Source: the human T2T-CHM13v2.0 reference genome, Homo sapiens
DNA length: 64,000 nt
Direction: 5' to 3' (one strand)
NCBI RefSeq assembly: GCF_009914755.1
Contig: NC_060937.1
Of this stretch, positions 33,302 to 57,766 are shown one piece after another. The notes beneath the pieces were generated by a model that saw only the letters and a program-made list of their open reading frames with translations, was not told where the DNA came from and did not search any database. Within the stretch, counting starts at the first letter, position 1, and each line of letters opens with the position of its first letter. Position numbers and translations under genes: made by a program.

Positions 33302-33509
33302 GCTGTGTGTAATCAAAAGAATATGGTTGTTGCAGTCAGGAAGACCTGGGTTCACATCCTAGCACTGCCACTTAGTAGCTGTGTGACTGGCCACATTATG
33401 TCATCTCTAAGTGTCACTTCCCATAGGGAACTGGGGTGCTGCTGTCTGCTTCATAGGGTTGTGGGATCCTTAGATGAAACAGCACATGCAAGTTTCCTTC
33501 CTTTCATCA

Positions 33510-33989
33510 TTTTTTTTTTTTTTTTGAGACGGAGTCTCACTCTGTTGCCCAGGCTAGAGTACAGTGGCACAATCTCAGGTCACTGCAAGCTCTGCCTCCT
33601 GGGTTCACGCCATTCTCCTGCCTCAGCCTCCTGAGTAGCTGGGACTACAGGCACCCACCACTACGCCCGGCTAATTTTTTTTTTTTTTTGTATTTTTAGT
33701 AGAGACAGGGTTTCACCATGTTAGCCAGGATGGTCTCGATCTCCTGACTTCGTGATCCGCCCGCCTCGGCCTCCCAGAGTGCTGGGATTACAGTTGTGAG
33801 CCACGGCGCCCGGCCCTTTCATCATTTTTTTAGACATGGAGGTCTCTCTTTGTTTCCCAAGCTGGAATGCAGTGGCTGTTCACAGATGCAGTCATAGCAC
33901 TGTAGCCTAGAACACATGGGCTCAAGTGATCCTCCCACCTCAGTCTCCTAAGTAGCTGTAATCACAGGTTCATGCCCTCACGCCCGGCT
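33510..33989 (-). mobile_element. AluY (33510-33815) inserted in the tail of an older antisense Alu arm (33825-33989)
   Basis: AluY diagnostics (GCAAGCTC, TTAGCCAGGATGG); TSD CTTTCATCATTTTT. Confidence 0.88.
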
Positions 33990-34054
33990 CCTTACCCTGC
34001 TTTATCACCAAAGTGCTGTCTGTGTGGTGAGTGCCAAAGGAATGAAGAAACTGA

Positions 34055-34222
<168 letters not shown>

Positions 34223-36259
34223 TAAGCACCACTTGGGCACAAACGTCAGGTCTCTATTGCCCTAGTGTATTGGATGATTTTTCATTTTACATTGTACTAA
34301 AGTGGCAGATGTGGAAGCCAATTTATCTACTCCAAAATATTGTTTCTAGAATGCTTTCCCCTATCAGAGATTTTCTGAAAGGATTGGCTGTGATGGGACC
34401 CACCACCCACTGCATAAAAAGTCTTAGACAGATATTTAATACCCCAGAACTGGAGAAGCCAGGAGCTTAACACCCTTTTTGGCCTCTTGGAAACATAAGG
34501 CATGATCTTCAGCCATTTTTGGAGGTACATAATGGGTGGCTTTTGAACTTTGCCTTAGACCTGAGCCTTCATAAGTGCCAATTTGGATTCTGAGATGAAT
34601 ATTTGATCCCCACTTCAGGTTTCGTATGGGTATTCAGGCTGATTGACCCAGATCCTAGAGGTAACTATTCTTACCCCACTTATCCCCAGTCCTTCAAGTG
34701 TACCTGCAGATGGCCCAAGTTCTGAGAACATTAATCAATACTTTTATAAGCATAGCTACTCTTCAGTGATTAAATCACTCTCTAGCTCACTCTTGAAAAC
34801 ACATTCTCATTATCCTTTGAGAGTACTGTTTCATACACAATTTGATTTACTTGAATTGGAAAGCAATTTATTATCCTTATTAATTGCAAAACTTGCTTAC
34901 TTATCTTGACATCTGGCTGAGTTCTGACCAAGGATATTGCTGTGGTTAACTCAAAGCCTATAAATCTGCTGGGAAAAAGCAGTAGATAAATTGACCATTT
35001 TCAAGGATCAGTCCCCACTCAGTGAGAATGGGGTTTGGAAAAGTGCCCTATTTTCTGCACCCTTGAGATTCATTACAGCCAACTTGAATCTAATATTCAT
35101 TGCCTAGAAGTCCAAGAGTGTAAGTCTTTAAAACTTTTTATTGAAATAATACACATAGTATCATGAATGCACATTGAAGTCACAGTATGCAGCTCTATAA
35201 ATAGTGACACAATTTATGTGCCTTTGTAACCTGTGTCCAGATTAACAAATAGAACATTAACAACACCCAGAAAGCTGCCCTCATGTTCCTTGGAAGTAAT
35301 TCAAGGTAATTAAAAGATAGTAATAGTTATATCCAAAGGACTTAGGCAGATCAACACCTTGAATTATCAGTTGACTTTGTATTTGAGGTCTAGCAGTGTT
35401 CACACAAGGCATGGTATGGTAGCTTGGGGCTAAGACTCGGATTGGAAGGGAGGTTAATTGTGTTGAGCTGGATTACTTTGTTACATTCCATGTAGCAGTG
35501 CTGCAGGAAGGGCTGGCTGATGGGGAATACCTGACAGTGTCTTCTGAAGCTCTCAGAAGGAAAATAGTTTTTAAATGTCTGTGGCCTTTATTACCTTGGG
35601 ACTTGATCCTTCATCTGTCCAAGCCAAGTCTCCTTCTTGCTGAGAACAAAGTGAGGAGAGAGGGATTCACTAAGTTGCACTGAGTATGTGATTTCTTGGC
35701 CTGTTCTTAGCAGGGATAAACCTGCCCTGGTTGCCCTCAATCATGAAGGGGAGTCAGACAAAGAGTGTCCTGTGTTCTGGCTGCTACAGGAGCAGGGCTG
35801 CTTAGAAGAAATTCTCCCGCATCCCTGGTGCTCTGAGAAATAAATTCTTGGTGCTTCTGCATAACAGGAGCTATATAACTTGTTCTCAGAATTTGTCTTG
35901 TCTTCAGACAACATTTACTCCTTCACTCATTTCTCTGCACTAAAAACAGATCCTGTAAACACCTGAACAAATTTCCCAAAAACACACCAGAAAGATTGAG
36001 GAAATAGGAATCACAGCGATAAGGGACTGGGCAATACAATGCCATTTTATGTTTGCTGAGTTTAGATAATTCCTTACTGTAAATAAATTTCCTTCCCACA
36101 GAAGGATGCCGTTGAGTCTTAATTCCTGGCTCTTCATTTACAAAATCAGCTTCTTCCTTACTAGTGCTTGATCAGATCTGTTAATTGGTTGCAAATGCCC
36201 TTGTCTTTTCTTCCTTCCCACCTGCTGTAACCGTGCTATCTCTCTGTGTCTCCTCCCAG

Positions 36260-36429
36260 TACAGTGTGGTCTGTCATCAAAAGTATTCTTAGGAAAGATG
36301 GCCCCTTGGGGTTCTACCATGGACTCTCAAGCACTTTACTTCGAGAAGTACCAGGCTATTTCTTCTTCTTCGGTGGCTATGAACTGAGCCGGTCCTTTTT
36401 TGCATCAGGGAGATCAAAAGATGAATTAG
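36260..36429 (+). CDS. SLC25A15: ORNT1 exon 5
   Basis: [56 protein letters not shown]; 170 nt. Confidence 0.97.
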
Positions 36430-37297
36430 GTAAATGTGTTTGCATTGACAGCAGTGGGGTGTGATGGTGTTTGCTCCCTGCAGGTATGGTTTCTGTGGAT
36501 TCTCTGCCCTTTGTGCTCTCCTCCCCACATTGGTGGCTCCATCTGGCACAGGGAAGCTTCTGGATGCCTGAAGGTAACATGGTGGCAGGCAGTTGATAGC
36601 ACCCACCCTCCAGGCCTGATAATTTCCTTAGGACAGGGCCTGAAGCAGTACATCCCAAACTTTCTTACTGGAATAAAGTTTTTTAATTTTTCTGGATCTA
36701 TTTTAGGGGAGAAGAAATCCAGAAATTACTTTCCCAATTGGGGAATCACCTATAAATAATCTTGAAATAAGGTTAAAACTTGGAAATCTTAATAGTGTTT
36801 TGAGAGCAGTGAAAACCATAGTTCTTTGTAGCTTATCGTGTTTAGCTGGTTGGTACAACTACATGCAATGTTTGGCTCACATAAGTGAGTTTTTCTTACC
36901 ATCTCCCTCAGTGTGTGTTGAATCTATTCTGTGGTTAGTCAAGCTCCCAGACTTAATTGCTATGTTTAATAAAAACAATTTTGGCTTTTAATGATAAATG
37001 AAGAATCAGGGCTATTAAAATACTTAAGAGTGAGAAAGTTGAAAAAAGACATAGATTGTGTTTGGCCTGTCTTCTCCCCACTGTAGGGGGTTGCCACTCA
37101 GCTGGAGGCCTGCTGGTTCGTGTGGGCCAGCCCTTGACACCTCAGTGACCAAGCGAAATATAACCCTCACTAAGGCTTCTTGTACTTGGCAAGACCCAGG
37201 AGTAGACCTGGGCTACCAAACAAAACCCTGTGTTCTTAGAGCTTGGGAACAAGAGCTTTGACAGTTTTCCTCAAAGAATTGTATTCTGTAGCATTAG

Positions 37298-37567
<270 letters not shown>

Positions 37568-37584
37568 TAAATACCTGTTTTTCA

Positions 37585-37920
<336 letters not shown>

Positions 37921-38489
37921 TCTGAGATATGAACTCTGTTTTGATTGTAAAAAGAAAGAGGACAGTAACACAGAAACTTTGTGTCCCAAATAGAGGACAG
38001 ATACCTTGTCTGTTACTCATAGTAATCCTCCCTTACATTTGTATAACATGTAAAGTTTTACAAAGTACTTACACCTCCCTTATCTAATTCAATCTTCATA
38101 ACCACCCTGGGCAGTACTAATACTATACACAGGTCTCCAACTTCAAGGTTGGTGTTCCTGCCACTGCCCAGGTGAAGCTGCAAAGCTGCTGCCACCTCTA
38201 TCTCCATGGTTGCCTCTGTCTGGCCATCTCAGGCCTCAGCTCTGCCCCATCCATATACTAAGAGTTAACCAAGCGTGGAATTGGGGTATGTTACCTGAGC
38301 ATCAGTCAGTTTTGCCAGGAGACCTGATACTTGTCCTTGTTTCCATTAGTCTATTTAGGAAAAGCTGGGAATGCATCCTTCTATGACTTGTTGGTTTTTA
38401 GCACTGTTGTCTGGGTTTGCATGTGTAAATATACCTATGCTATGCAGCTGCGTGGGTATCCCCAAAGGAGGGATTGTTGCAGTCTTTGA

Positions 38490-38633
<144 letters not shown>

Positions 38634-39100
38634 AGTGTCTTGGTGGGCCTGAGCCAAGCACAGGTGTTTGAGGACTACAGTTCATCTCAGGGTTTCTTGG
38701 AGTACAAGACCAGTGTGAAGTTATTCTGATTTCTTGGGAATTTTGCTTTTTGTCTTCCCTTCTACCCTACATCTTAAACTTTATGGAAGAACCTCTATTT
38801 TGCATCATATCATTTCTGTCCATAATTGTACTGAAATAGAAAAGTGACCGCTCTTGCTCTTGGTAAAATATAGAGTGGTCAGTAGCCTTATGCACCTAAT
38901 TCAAAAGGTGGAATATAGTTCTGTCAGGGCTTTTACGTAAACCTCCACTTGTACATGCAATTTGGACAGTTATGTGTTGAGGGAAATACAGTTTGGTACC
39001 TTGTTTATTTCAAATATCAGAAAAACCCAGAGGTGATCATTTCTCATGAAGATGCTTATAAATGGTTGCTTAACCCATTCTAGATGTAGGGTCTGCTTAA

Positions 39101-39465
<365 letters not shown>

Positions 39466-39731
39466 TGAAAACTAAAATATCCTTCTAGATTTGTAAGACA
39501 GTATACCTGCATACTGGTGTGGCTTCCACACTTGAGTAAAAGCTTCAGAGTAGGTATCCTAGATTTCCCCAAGATGCTCTACTCTTAAAATAGTGCCATT
39601 CATTTTCTAGGTGGGATCATATTCCACGCTGACTATATTGCTAGGGGTGGCCCAGAGGGTCAGGCCTTTGGGAAATAGCATGGCCTTTACCAGCTTCCCT
39701 TCTCTCCCAAAGAACTTCCCTTCTTGGGCTT

Positions 39732-39827
39732 TAGATTGAGGAAGGGGCTGAGTGGTAGGCGGTGCTGCTGTGCTCTGATGAAGACCCATGTGGCTAGCAA
39801 CAGCGCTTACCTTTTGTCTCTGGGTCC
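39732..39827 (+). ncRNA. MIR621: microRNA-621 hairpin (mature GGCUAGCAACAGCGCUUACCU at 39792-39812)
   Basis: Matches the recalled hsa-mir-621 precursor; arms GGTAGGCGGTGCTGCT / AGCAACAGCGCTTACC pair imperfectly. Confidence 0.85.
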
Positions 39828-40174
39828 TGGCCTGGGGCCATCAATCCACTTTGGGCCACTCACTGTCTGCTCTGCCTCCACCAATCAGAAACCCTTCCAA
39901 GGAACAGTGAGAGCCAAAGCCAAGAGAAGCCTTCTTCCCTGTTTGGTGATTGTGTGACAGTGGGTGAACCTCTCTCAGAGAGAACTAGAAAGAACTCAGT
40001 GCTTGTACTCCACAGTGAGTAATGTCAGGTCTGACCCATCCTGAAGCCTGTCTTGCCATGCTTTTACAGTGTTGGAGGCTTCTACATTTGGTACTTGCAG
40101 TCAGTAAGTCTTAATGATGACTGTATATGTGATATGAGTTTATAAAGCAATGGAACATAAGAAAAGCAATTGTA

Positions 40175-40508
<334 letters not shown>

Positions 40509-40683
40509 TCACTGACCAAAAATTCACTGACCAACCAACCAAACTCCACACTTCATCTGATCCCCCATAGACTTGGGGATGGACAGCTGTTCTTTGGCCA
40601 TATGGTATAAGAGGATCATTCTTGTCACTACTTAAGTTAGCCTCATCATTTTGTGCTGCTCCAACACCAGCAGGGTATCTCCC

Positions 40684-40689
40684 AATAAA
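40684..40689 (+). terminator. Candidate proximal polyadenylation signal AATAAA
   Basis: Canonical hexamer in the 3'UTR. Confidence 0.4.
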
Positions 40690-41406
40690 GTGTTCCTAAG
40701 CAGCCTGTATACTGAGTGCAAGCAGGCTATCAATTTTAATAATAGTCCATACCATGTATGTGTTTCTGTCAGCAGAATGTACATGTTGTACAAAACCTCC
40801 AGGTTCCTTAAGCTTTTTGCTGTCCATGAATCCTCTGTGGCAACTGTAATCACAGAGCCAGAAGCCAGAGGGCCAGGGATATGAGAGGCTGACAAACATC
40901 AGGGGACATCTGGGGAGGAGATCCCTGTCATGTCTCTTGTGCCATGGAGCTATTATGGCTGGTCTTCCATTTGCTTTTTCTTTAAGTGAAAACCATTTTT
41001 CTACTTTGCTTTTCTCTCCATACTTAAATGGTCAGTAGCTACTGAGTGGTGCTTTATCTGAATAGGCCTGGATCGAAGTAAAATAGAAATGGGACTGGCT
41101 TTCCACAGGAAGTAAACTGCTTCAGAGCCCACAGTCCCCTGCTCAGTGTCCGGAAAGAAGTCAGTCATCCCTGTTGGCAGTAAATCTTCCCACAGGCCGT
41201 CCATTAGAGATTTAACTAGATATGTTCAATAGAAAGAGTCTGAGGCAAGTGGAAATGAGGAACGGAAACTTAGGTTGGGAGAATATTTTTTTTTTATTCA
41301 TTCTGTTTGCTTAATTCAGAGTACAGTTTGTGCTATTTCATATCTGTACTCCAGGCAGAAATATAACTTGAAAATACTGTGTCTAAAGAAATTTCAGTGT
41401 TCTATC

Positions 41407-41412
41407 ATTAAA
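41407..41412 (+). terminator. Probable distal polyadenylation signal ATTAAA of SLC25A15
   Basis: ATTAAA in AT-rich context; agrees with recalled gene span of about 23 kb. Confidence 0.65.
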
Positions 41413-41767
41413 TTATTTACTTAATATTTGAGTCTGATGAATTTCATTGAAGTTCTTTACATCCATGTTGGGAAACAACTGTCAGGAATGTTAAAGAGTT
41501 ATGTATAGTAGTGTTTCAAGGCAGTGGTTTTATTGCAACAAGCATTGTTTTCTGTCAGCAAGACACCTCATGTAAAATAATTTCACCATAGGTAAGGTGA
41601 CAAAAATATTTCTATGCTCTGAAGTTATGGAACTTGGCTCACTAGAATTACTTTCTCCCTCCACCTCTTTCCCTCTATTTTAAAAAATAGTTAAACTGTC
41701 TGCTTTTAAGTTTTGGATGATTCCATTCCAAGTTACTAAATTCTACTTAAGAAAACAAGTATCTGAA

Positions 41768-48820
<7,053 letters not shown>

Positions 48821-49981
48821 AGTTTTAAAACATGAGTATCATTCTGATATAAGTTTCTTGAGTTGTTCAAATAATCATTCATTTTGCATTCTGAGAAAGC
48901 AATGCCCAAAGAGGTCTTAAACAAGTTTTCTTTGAATAAGCAAAAGCAGAATAGTGTAACAACTCATAATTTCCAGAAATTTTGGTGGGTCTTGGAGGTT
49001 TGGGGAAGAGAAACATTAATGGTAACCTCCTTATTTCAAAAAGTGAAATTCTTAAAATGAAAAAGGGGGTTTCCTTCCTTCCTGTATTGCTAGTATTGAA
49101 AAAGACAGATCTTACTCTTCCCTGAGCCAGCTAAGTATTTTCCTCCCTATTCACCTAAACCCAGGACATAATCTGCCCTCTGTAGATTACTGCTGTGTGA
49201 ATTTTAAACGAAATAGTCCTATGTTGTGCCTATACATGTTTCTGTAATATGGATGGCAGGGTATAATATTAATAATCATAACATGAAGGGAATTTGAAAG
49301 CATGTTGTATGATCTTTTTTTCAAAGGGGGAACCAGATTAGCGGTAGTAAAAAACAAAAGCCTTTAGTTGGGCTGCTGCACAGGCAGTTGGAACCTTTTT
49401 TGGAATATTTAGAGGAGAAAAAATCACCTGCAGCTAGGCTGCTCACCAGCCTCATGGAGCTCTTCGCTCCTGGCAGGTTGCTGCCTTCCATGCCCACCAT
49501 GGCTCGGGGCTCTACTCTCATCTGTGCCACTCTGGTACCCGCAGCTCTTACATAAAGTATTCTATTTCCACTCAAAAATAAAAAAGCTCCTATGGCAACC
49601 TCCAGACATTGAGCTGCTGATGTGGGTGGTCCGAGTGGTTAGTGTGTTGGTTACAAAGTTGTTATGCTGGAGTGGTTTGTCTTGAACTCTCAAACCCTAT
49701 ATTTTCATGAACCGCTTCTTTTTTTAGTGTTTTCTGTAGAGTGCAAGGTTTTTCAGGAATAGTATATCGTGTTTTAGCAGTTACCCTTGTCTTATTAGTT
49801 GCTACCTTTCATTTCCTGATGAATTCATCTTGGTTTAGATTGTTGAGAGCCTTGCCAATAAAAGGAAAATCATTCGAATAAGAATAATTTCTATGAAGCC
49901 AAAATATAACATTTTTCAAGGACAATCATGGCCTGAAGATACAGTGGCAATGAAGGTACTTTGAATAAAGTAACACCCACG

Positions 49982-50290
49982 GGCTGGGCATGGTGGTTCA
50001 TGCCTGTAACCCCAACACTTTGGGAGGCTGAGGCAGGCAGATTGCTTGAGTTCAGGAATTCGAGACCAACCTGGGCAACATGTCAAAACTTCATCTCTAA
50101 AAATACAAAAAAATTATCCAGGTGTGGTGGCGTGCGCCTATAGTCCCAGCTACTCGGGAGGCTGGAGGTGGGAGAATCACCTCAGCCTGGGAGGTCGAGG
50201 CTGCAGTGAACCAACATCACACCACTGCACTCCAGTCTCGACAACCAGAGTGAGACCCTGTCTCAAAAAAAAAAAAAAAAAAATAAAAAA
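49982..50290 (+). mobile_element. AluJ-type element
   Basis: Alu dimer with poly(A). Confidence 0.85.
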
Positions 50291-51520
50291 TTTGTTTTAA
50301 AAAACTAGCACCCAGCACCAAAGAGGAAATAATAATGATTTCCCATAGACATAAGGCTAACCAGTGTTTATAATGAAAAGATTACCTCCCTTCAGAGTTC
50401 CCCCAGGCTTAGGTGAAGTTGGTTGTGAGCAGGAGTAGCGGATTTCAAAATAATACACCTAGATTACTCTAAGAATAAATATTTCTTTTGATTCACTTAC
50501 AATTTTATGCAAAAGCAGAAGTTACTGAAGATTATTTATCCTCCATATTTACCACGGTCTTCTTACCCCAACACCCATGTCTGTGTGTAATTAAAGGAAG
50601 CTTGTTAAGTAAGCTACCCATTTAGTGCTTGGAATGAGAGAAGAGTGTGCGTTGGGAATTGGGGGACTGCTCGTGTGAAACATTTCTCTCTTCTGGGTTT
50701 AAAACTTAGTCTTTGCTGCCAATCTGTTAACAGTTTGTAAATGAAGTAGAAGAAAAAAATATAAATTAGCTTTCTAATAAATCTGAAATTACATATGTGA
50801 AACAAAGCAGGGAATAAATACTTGACCAAAAGTATGTAAGTAAGTGGGTGTTGGGGAATCACAATTTTTAAATACCTCAATTATTTTGATATGAAAGTTC
50901 TATTTCAAAGTTCTTCAAAATGATGCCTAATGTTCCTGCATACTGTGTTCCAAATTTATATAAATACAAGATGGAAACTATGAAGCATATGCCTTCAAAA
51001 AAGAAAAAAAAATCCTGACATTTTATCTATATCTACTTAATAGATTTATCAAGAACATATGTAAACATATGTAAACATGTTTTATATATATGTAAACATA
51101 TATAAATATAGATATATCATCAAGGAAGATTTAGAACATATAACTATGTGGCAGGGGTTGGAAACAACATAATTCTTTCCCGGAAGGGGAAGGGGGAACT
51201 ATACTTAATCAGATACCAGCCACAACGTAACTGTAAGTCATTTCTAATAAAAAAAAAATCTCTACTGCAAATTCTGGTGCGTAAATTTTCCATGTCTTTT
51301 GTTTATGTGGATTATCCAATTCATTTCTTTGTGGTTTAAGCCTAAGAATAGAAAAAAAAATTATTGCATTTTTATATTGGGGCTAACTGAAAAGCCATGC
51401 AGTTGGGTACCCTTGTTAGAGCTTGAAGAAACAAAAAAAGAACCTTACCATGAATAGAACCTCAGCCCCTTTTTTTGTGTCTCAGTTGGCTCCAGCAACA
51501 CATCACTAACTCATACTGAT

Positions 51521-52127
<607 letters not shown>

Positions 52128-52260
52128 GCCCAGCCGCTGATTCTTTTAACACTGCTTTTTATGGAATTAATGACATTCAGGTTTAATAAAATATCTAAAT
52201 TTCAGAAATCAGTCAGGCTAGGTATGAATGAAACCCCAGTAATAAAATACTATATCCCTT

Positions 52261-52386
52261 TAAATTTATGCGTGAGGTTGCAATTTTTTGAATTTTTACG
52301 ATCAGACCTTGGAGAGGACCTTGAGCAGTAGCATATAACTCCCACATGCTTAGCGTTCCAATAATGGAACACTAGGCATAAATTTG
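52261..52386. mobile_element. MER85 piggyBac (PGBD3-derived) MITE
   Basis: ATTTATGCGTGAGGTTGCAATTTTTTGAATTTTT..ATCAGACCTTGG..GACCTTGAGCAGTAG..CTTAGCGTTCCAATAATGGAACACTAGGCATAAAT, followed by TTAA. Confidence 0.88.
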
Positions 52387-54167
52387 TTAACCCATTTATG
52401 CCTAATGTTCTAAATGATAGAAGTTGGCATTTTTGGCTAAACAACAATCTCATAACAAAAACAGCTATACCAAGTAGTATATAAATTTAAATGTTACAGA
52501 ATTCTTTAGAAATTTATATACAACTGAGAATAAAAGTGATCTAACTTATTGCTTCTTCAAAATGAATATGGTATTTTAAAGGAAAAAACTGTATCCTTTA
52601 GCAAGAACCACTTTTGAGGAACAGCATCAAATGAAGCTCCACCCAGCTCTCACTATTTGAGGGACTTTGCTCATGTTAGAAGAAAAAGCTTATTGTTTTT
52701 ATGCATCCAAGAAAAAAAATTGTAAAAATTTCCATCAAATCCAAAGTTCACTCTATCAAAATCCATTAAATGTATATGCATTACAAGTGTGTAGACCACA
52801 GGTTTAATTTACCGTTGCCTTGCTTGACTTAAGGAGTTATTAGATTGAGTCCACATCTGAAGAAAAGATTAGGACTGGATGTAACAATAACTATCAATTC
52901 ATGCTACATGTAATCATAGCCACTTCTCCAACTCTCACCTAAATCATTTAAAAAATATTTTCTCCTTTTGTATTGAAGAGTATGGTTGATTAGAAAAAGT
53001 CTCAATTTTTCACCACCACAGAACAAATGCTACTTATAGTGGAGAACTTCTAGATTGAAAAATGAGTTTCCAAATATGGCAGAAGGTTTTTTTGGAACAA
53101 TAATCTTCAAATCCAATTAATAATTTTTCAGAAAGTTTTCCCCATTCAGTTATTAGAAAGCCACATTTAAATGGGAGGCTATTACTTAATGATATTTTTT
53201 AGCTGTACTCCTTCATACTTAACTGTGTCTTATAACTTCTCGTAGATATAAGTGTGTCAGTCAGCTTTTCAGCTAGCTGAAGCCTCCCTAGGTCCTGCCT
53301 TATTTTAGCACAAACTTTGGTGGTGGTTTGTCATTGGTAAATCAGTGCCTACTGAGGACCTGACATATTGAAGGTACTGAGCAGACTCATACTGAACTTC
53401 TCTGGGAAGAATTTACTACCACACTTAAGATCTGGTTATAATATTTTTGAACTCATAACACAGTCCTATGGCATGGACCTTGAGGATACTGCAACAGTGG
53501 GTCTCAAGAACAACTGTATTTTTAAAATAACCAAATTAAGAGGAGTATGGCAATGGTCAATGGTGGCTCGAGGATTTTTTGCTTTCTATAAAGTTCATGA
53601 CAACCAGGAAAAGACTTGCCATTATATCTTATACACAGACACTGAAGATTAGGCTGTTTCTATAGGTTTATATTATATCTATATCTGTTATTTTGTATAA
53701 AAGGTGTGTTAAACCAGAAGAAAAAAGGACAATTGTCATAGTATTTAGGAAGATCCTAAAAAGAAAAAAAAAATTTCAAAATAAAACTGATACCAAGAAC
53801 TAATCATTCCAAAGAAATTAAAGTTCATTCCTTTATTCCTTTATATATTTATCAAACAATTATAACCATTAAATACATAGCACTCTGCAGTCTGTAACAA
53901 TAAACTCAAGACACAAAGGAGGAGGCTTAAGAAAATACTATTGCATTCTCTTGCTGTTTCTATCAAAATTTTCAAGGAATAGTATTTTTTCCATGCTAGA
54001 TATTTAATTTAAATGCTGATATTTGAATCTGGTTTAGATAGTGCTAAACAGAATCTACTAAGGACCTATGCCTATATATACCCAAGTATATTATAGTGAA
54101 TTCTTACAATTTTTTTGTTGCCTCAGCATCCCTTTTAAATATAAATTGGACTTTCTGATATCAAAAG

Positions 54168-55086
<919 letters not shown>

Positions 55087-55733
55087 TTAATTTTTTAATT
55101 TAAAAAAAAGATGCAAAACAAAATGTAATCATTGCTATGCAGTAAAACATAACTTTGGTTTTTTTAGCATCTTGGCTTTTATTTTTTGTGTTTATTTTGT
55201 ATTTTTTGTATTTGATAACTAATATATGTAAATTTAGAAAAAATTAGAAAATTTACAATTTAGAAAAAACAAATGAACAAAAATTATTCAAATTACATAT
55301 GTTATTTTAAAAAAATCTGTTATAAATCTGATTTATTGTTTTTCTCACCCTCCCTCTGTGGGATGACATCTGTCATCTCCCTTGTTGGGAAGTGTAGTAA
55401 AGCAAATCTTAAATAAAATCATTCAAAAGACCAGACAAGAACAATGGCAGAGGCTGTTTCTTGATTACTCACCAAAGAGAAAAATTGCACTTTCACATCA
55501 TCATACAGAGGTGGACTGTTGAATACATCAATTATTGCTCTGTTTCAGTGTCATGAAATACCTGTGAATGAACACATGGAATTTAGAACTATAAACCTAA
55601 CTAATGATAACAATGAAGTTCCTTTTCACTTATCATGACTTCCAATATTTATCAAGTACTTTTGGTCTCACAGCCCAATCACTACATGTATAAATAATTA
55701 TTAATAACCTTTTCTATTTGCAATACTGTTGTA

Positions 55734-55735
<2 letters not shown>

Positions 55736-55787
<52 letters not shown>

Positions 55788-56066
55788 TGAGACAGTCTCA
55801 CTGTCACCCAGGCTGAAGTACAGGGGCATGATCTCAGCTCCCTGCAACCTCTGCCTCCCAGGTTGGAGTGATTCCTGTGCCTCAGCCTCCTGAGTAGCTG
55901 GGACTATAGGCACATGCCACCACACCCGGCTACTTTTTGTATTTTTAGTAGACATGGGGTTTCACTATACTGGCCAGGCTGGTCTCAAACTCCTGGCCTC
56001 AAGTGATTTGCCCACCTGGGCCTCCCAAAGTGTTGAAATTACAGGTGTGAGCCACAGCACCGGTCC
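55736..56066 (-). mobile_element. Antisense Alu whose tail is a (TG)n microsatellite (55736-55784)
   Basis: Direct reading. Confidence 0.88.
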
Positions 56067-56113
56067 TGTTGTTCACGTTTTTTAAAGGCCAACATGTTTG
56101 AGGGTTATCATGA

Positions 56114-56431
<318 letters not shown>

Positions 56432-57203
56432 ATGAGGCACTTTAAAAAAATGCCTCACTTTTAAAAAGTATTGAATTTTCTATTAATCAATTAAATATTA
56501 TTATTTAATGTGTGTCATTTGATTTTCATGCGTTAGGGCCTCTTTTGAGAATACATTAAGAAGCTCAATTTTAAAGCTAGCATTGACATTCAAAAAGCAA
56601 TGTGTAACTCACCAAGGTTTTTTATTTTCTAAATTTAAAAAATAACAACAGGGGCCTGTAACACTTGGGCGGTGGGCCCACCTGCTCCTCCCGAGGGAGG
56701 GGGAGAGTGGGGTTCCCCTGCTCATCATGTTTTATCAGAACTCTCGTGTTTGTCAATGGGATCTTTGGACTTGACCATTGCAGCCTGCTGGATGAAGTGA
56801 CCAAAGATAGGTCAAGTTTTGGAATGAATGACTTTGAAGCTATACAATTTCTTTGACTCACTCTCCTATAAATAATGGCACCCACAATAAGAAAGGTCTA
56901 GGTCCTGTGAAAAACACAAAAGGAGGTACAGACTCAGTCGGTCCCTTCAGGGAGCTGTACACATCAGAAACAAAAGTAGAATGGTATATAACTCAATCTG
57001 TATAATGAAGACTGGGTGTGCTGTTATGCACTGTTGGGGGCTAGTTAACAGGAGGTGCAGAATGCAAAAATTTCATTGAGGAGGTAAAAATTGAATTGGA
57101 CATGAAACAGTTTAGATAAAGGAAGAAGGGCTCTGAAAATAGAATCTACTTCATACAGAGGGAAAAAGACCAGCAATAATGCAAAGTAGAAATTAGAAAA
57201 ATA

Positions 57204-57766
<563 letters not shown>

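Noticed and set aside
49318-49585. ~80-codon frame open on both strands, followed by AATAAA
   Set aside because: No convincing acceptor, partner exon or recognisable homology
56607-56885. - strand donor TTG|GTGAGT at ~56612 with an upstream ORF, as a further TPTE exon
   Set aside because: The translation does not resemble the preceding TPTE C2 exon, which probably lies beyond the window
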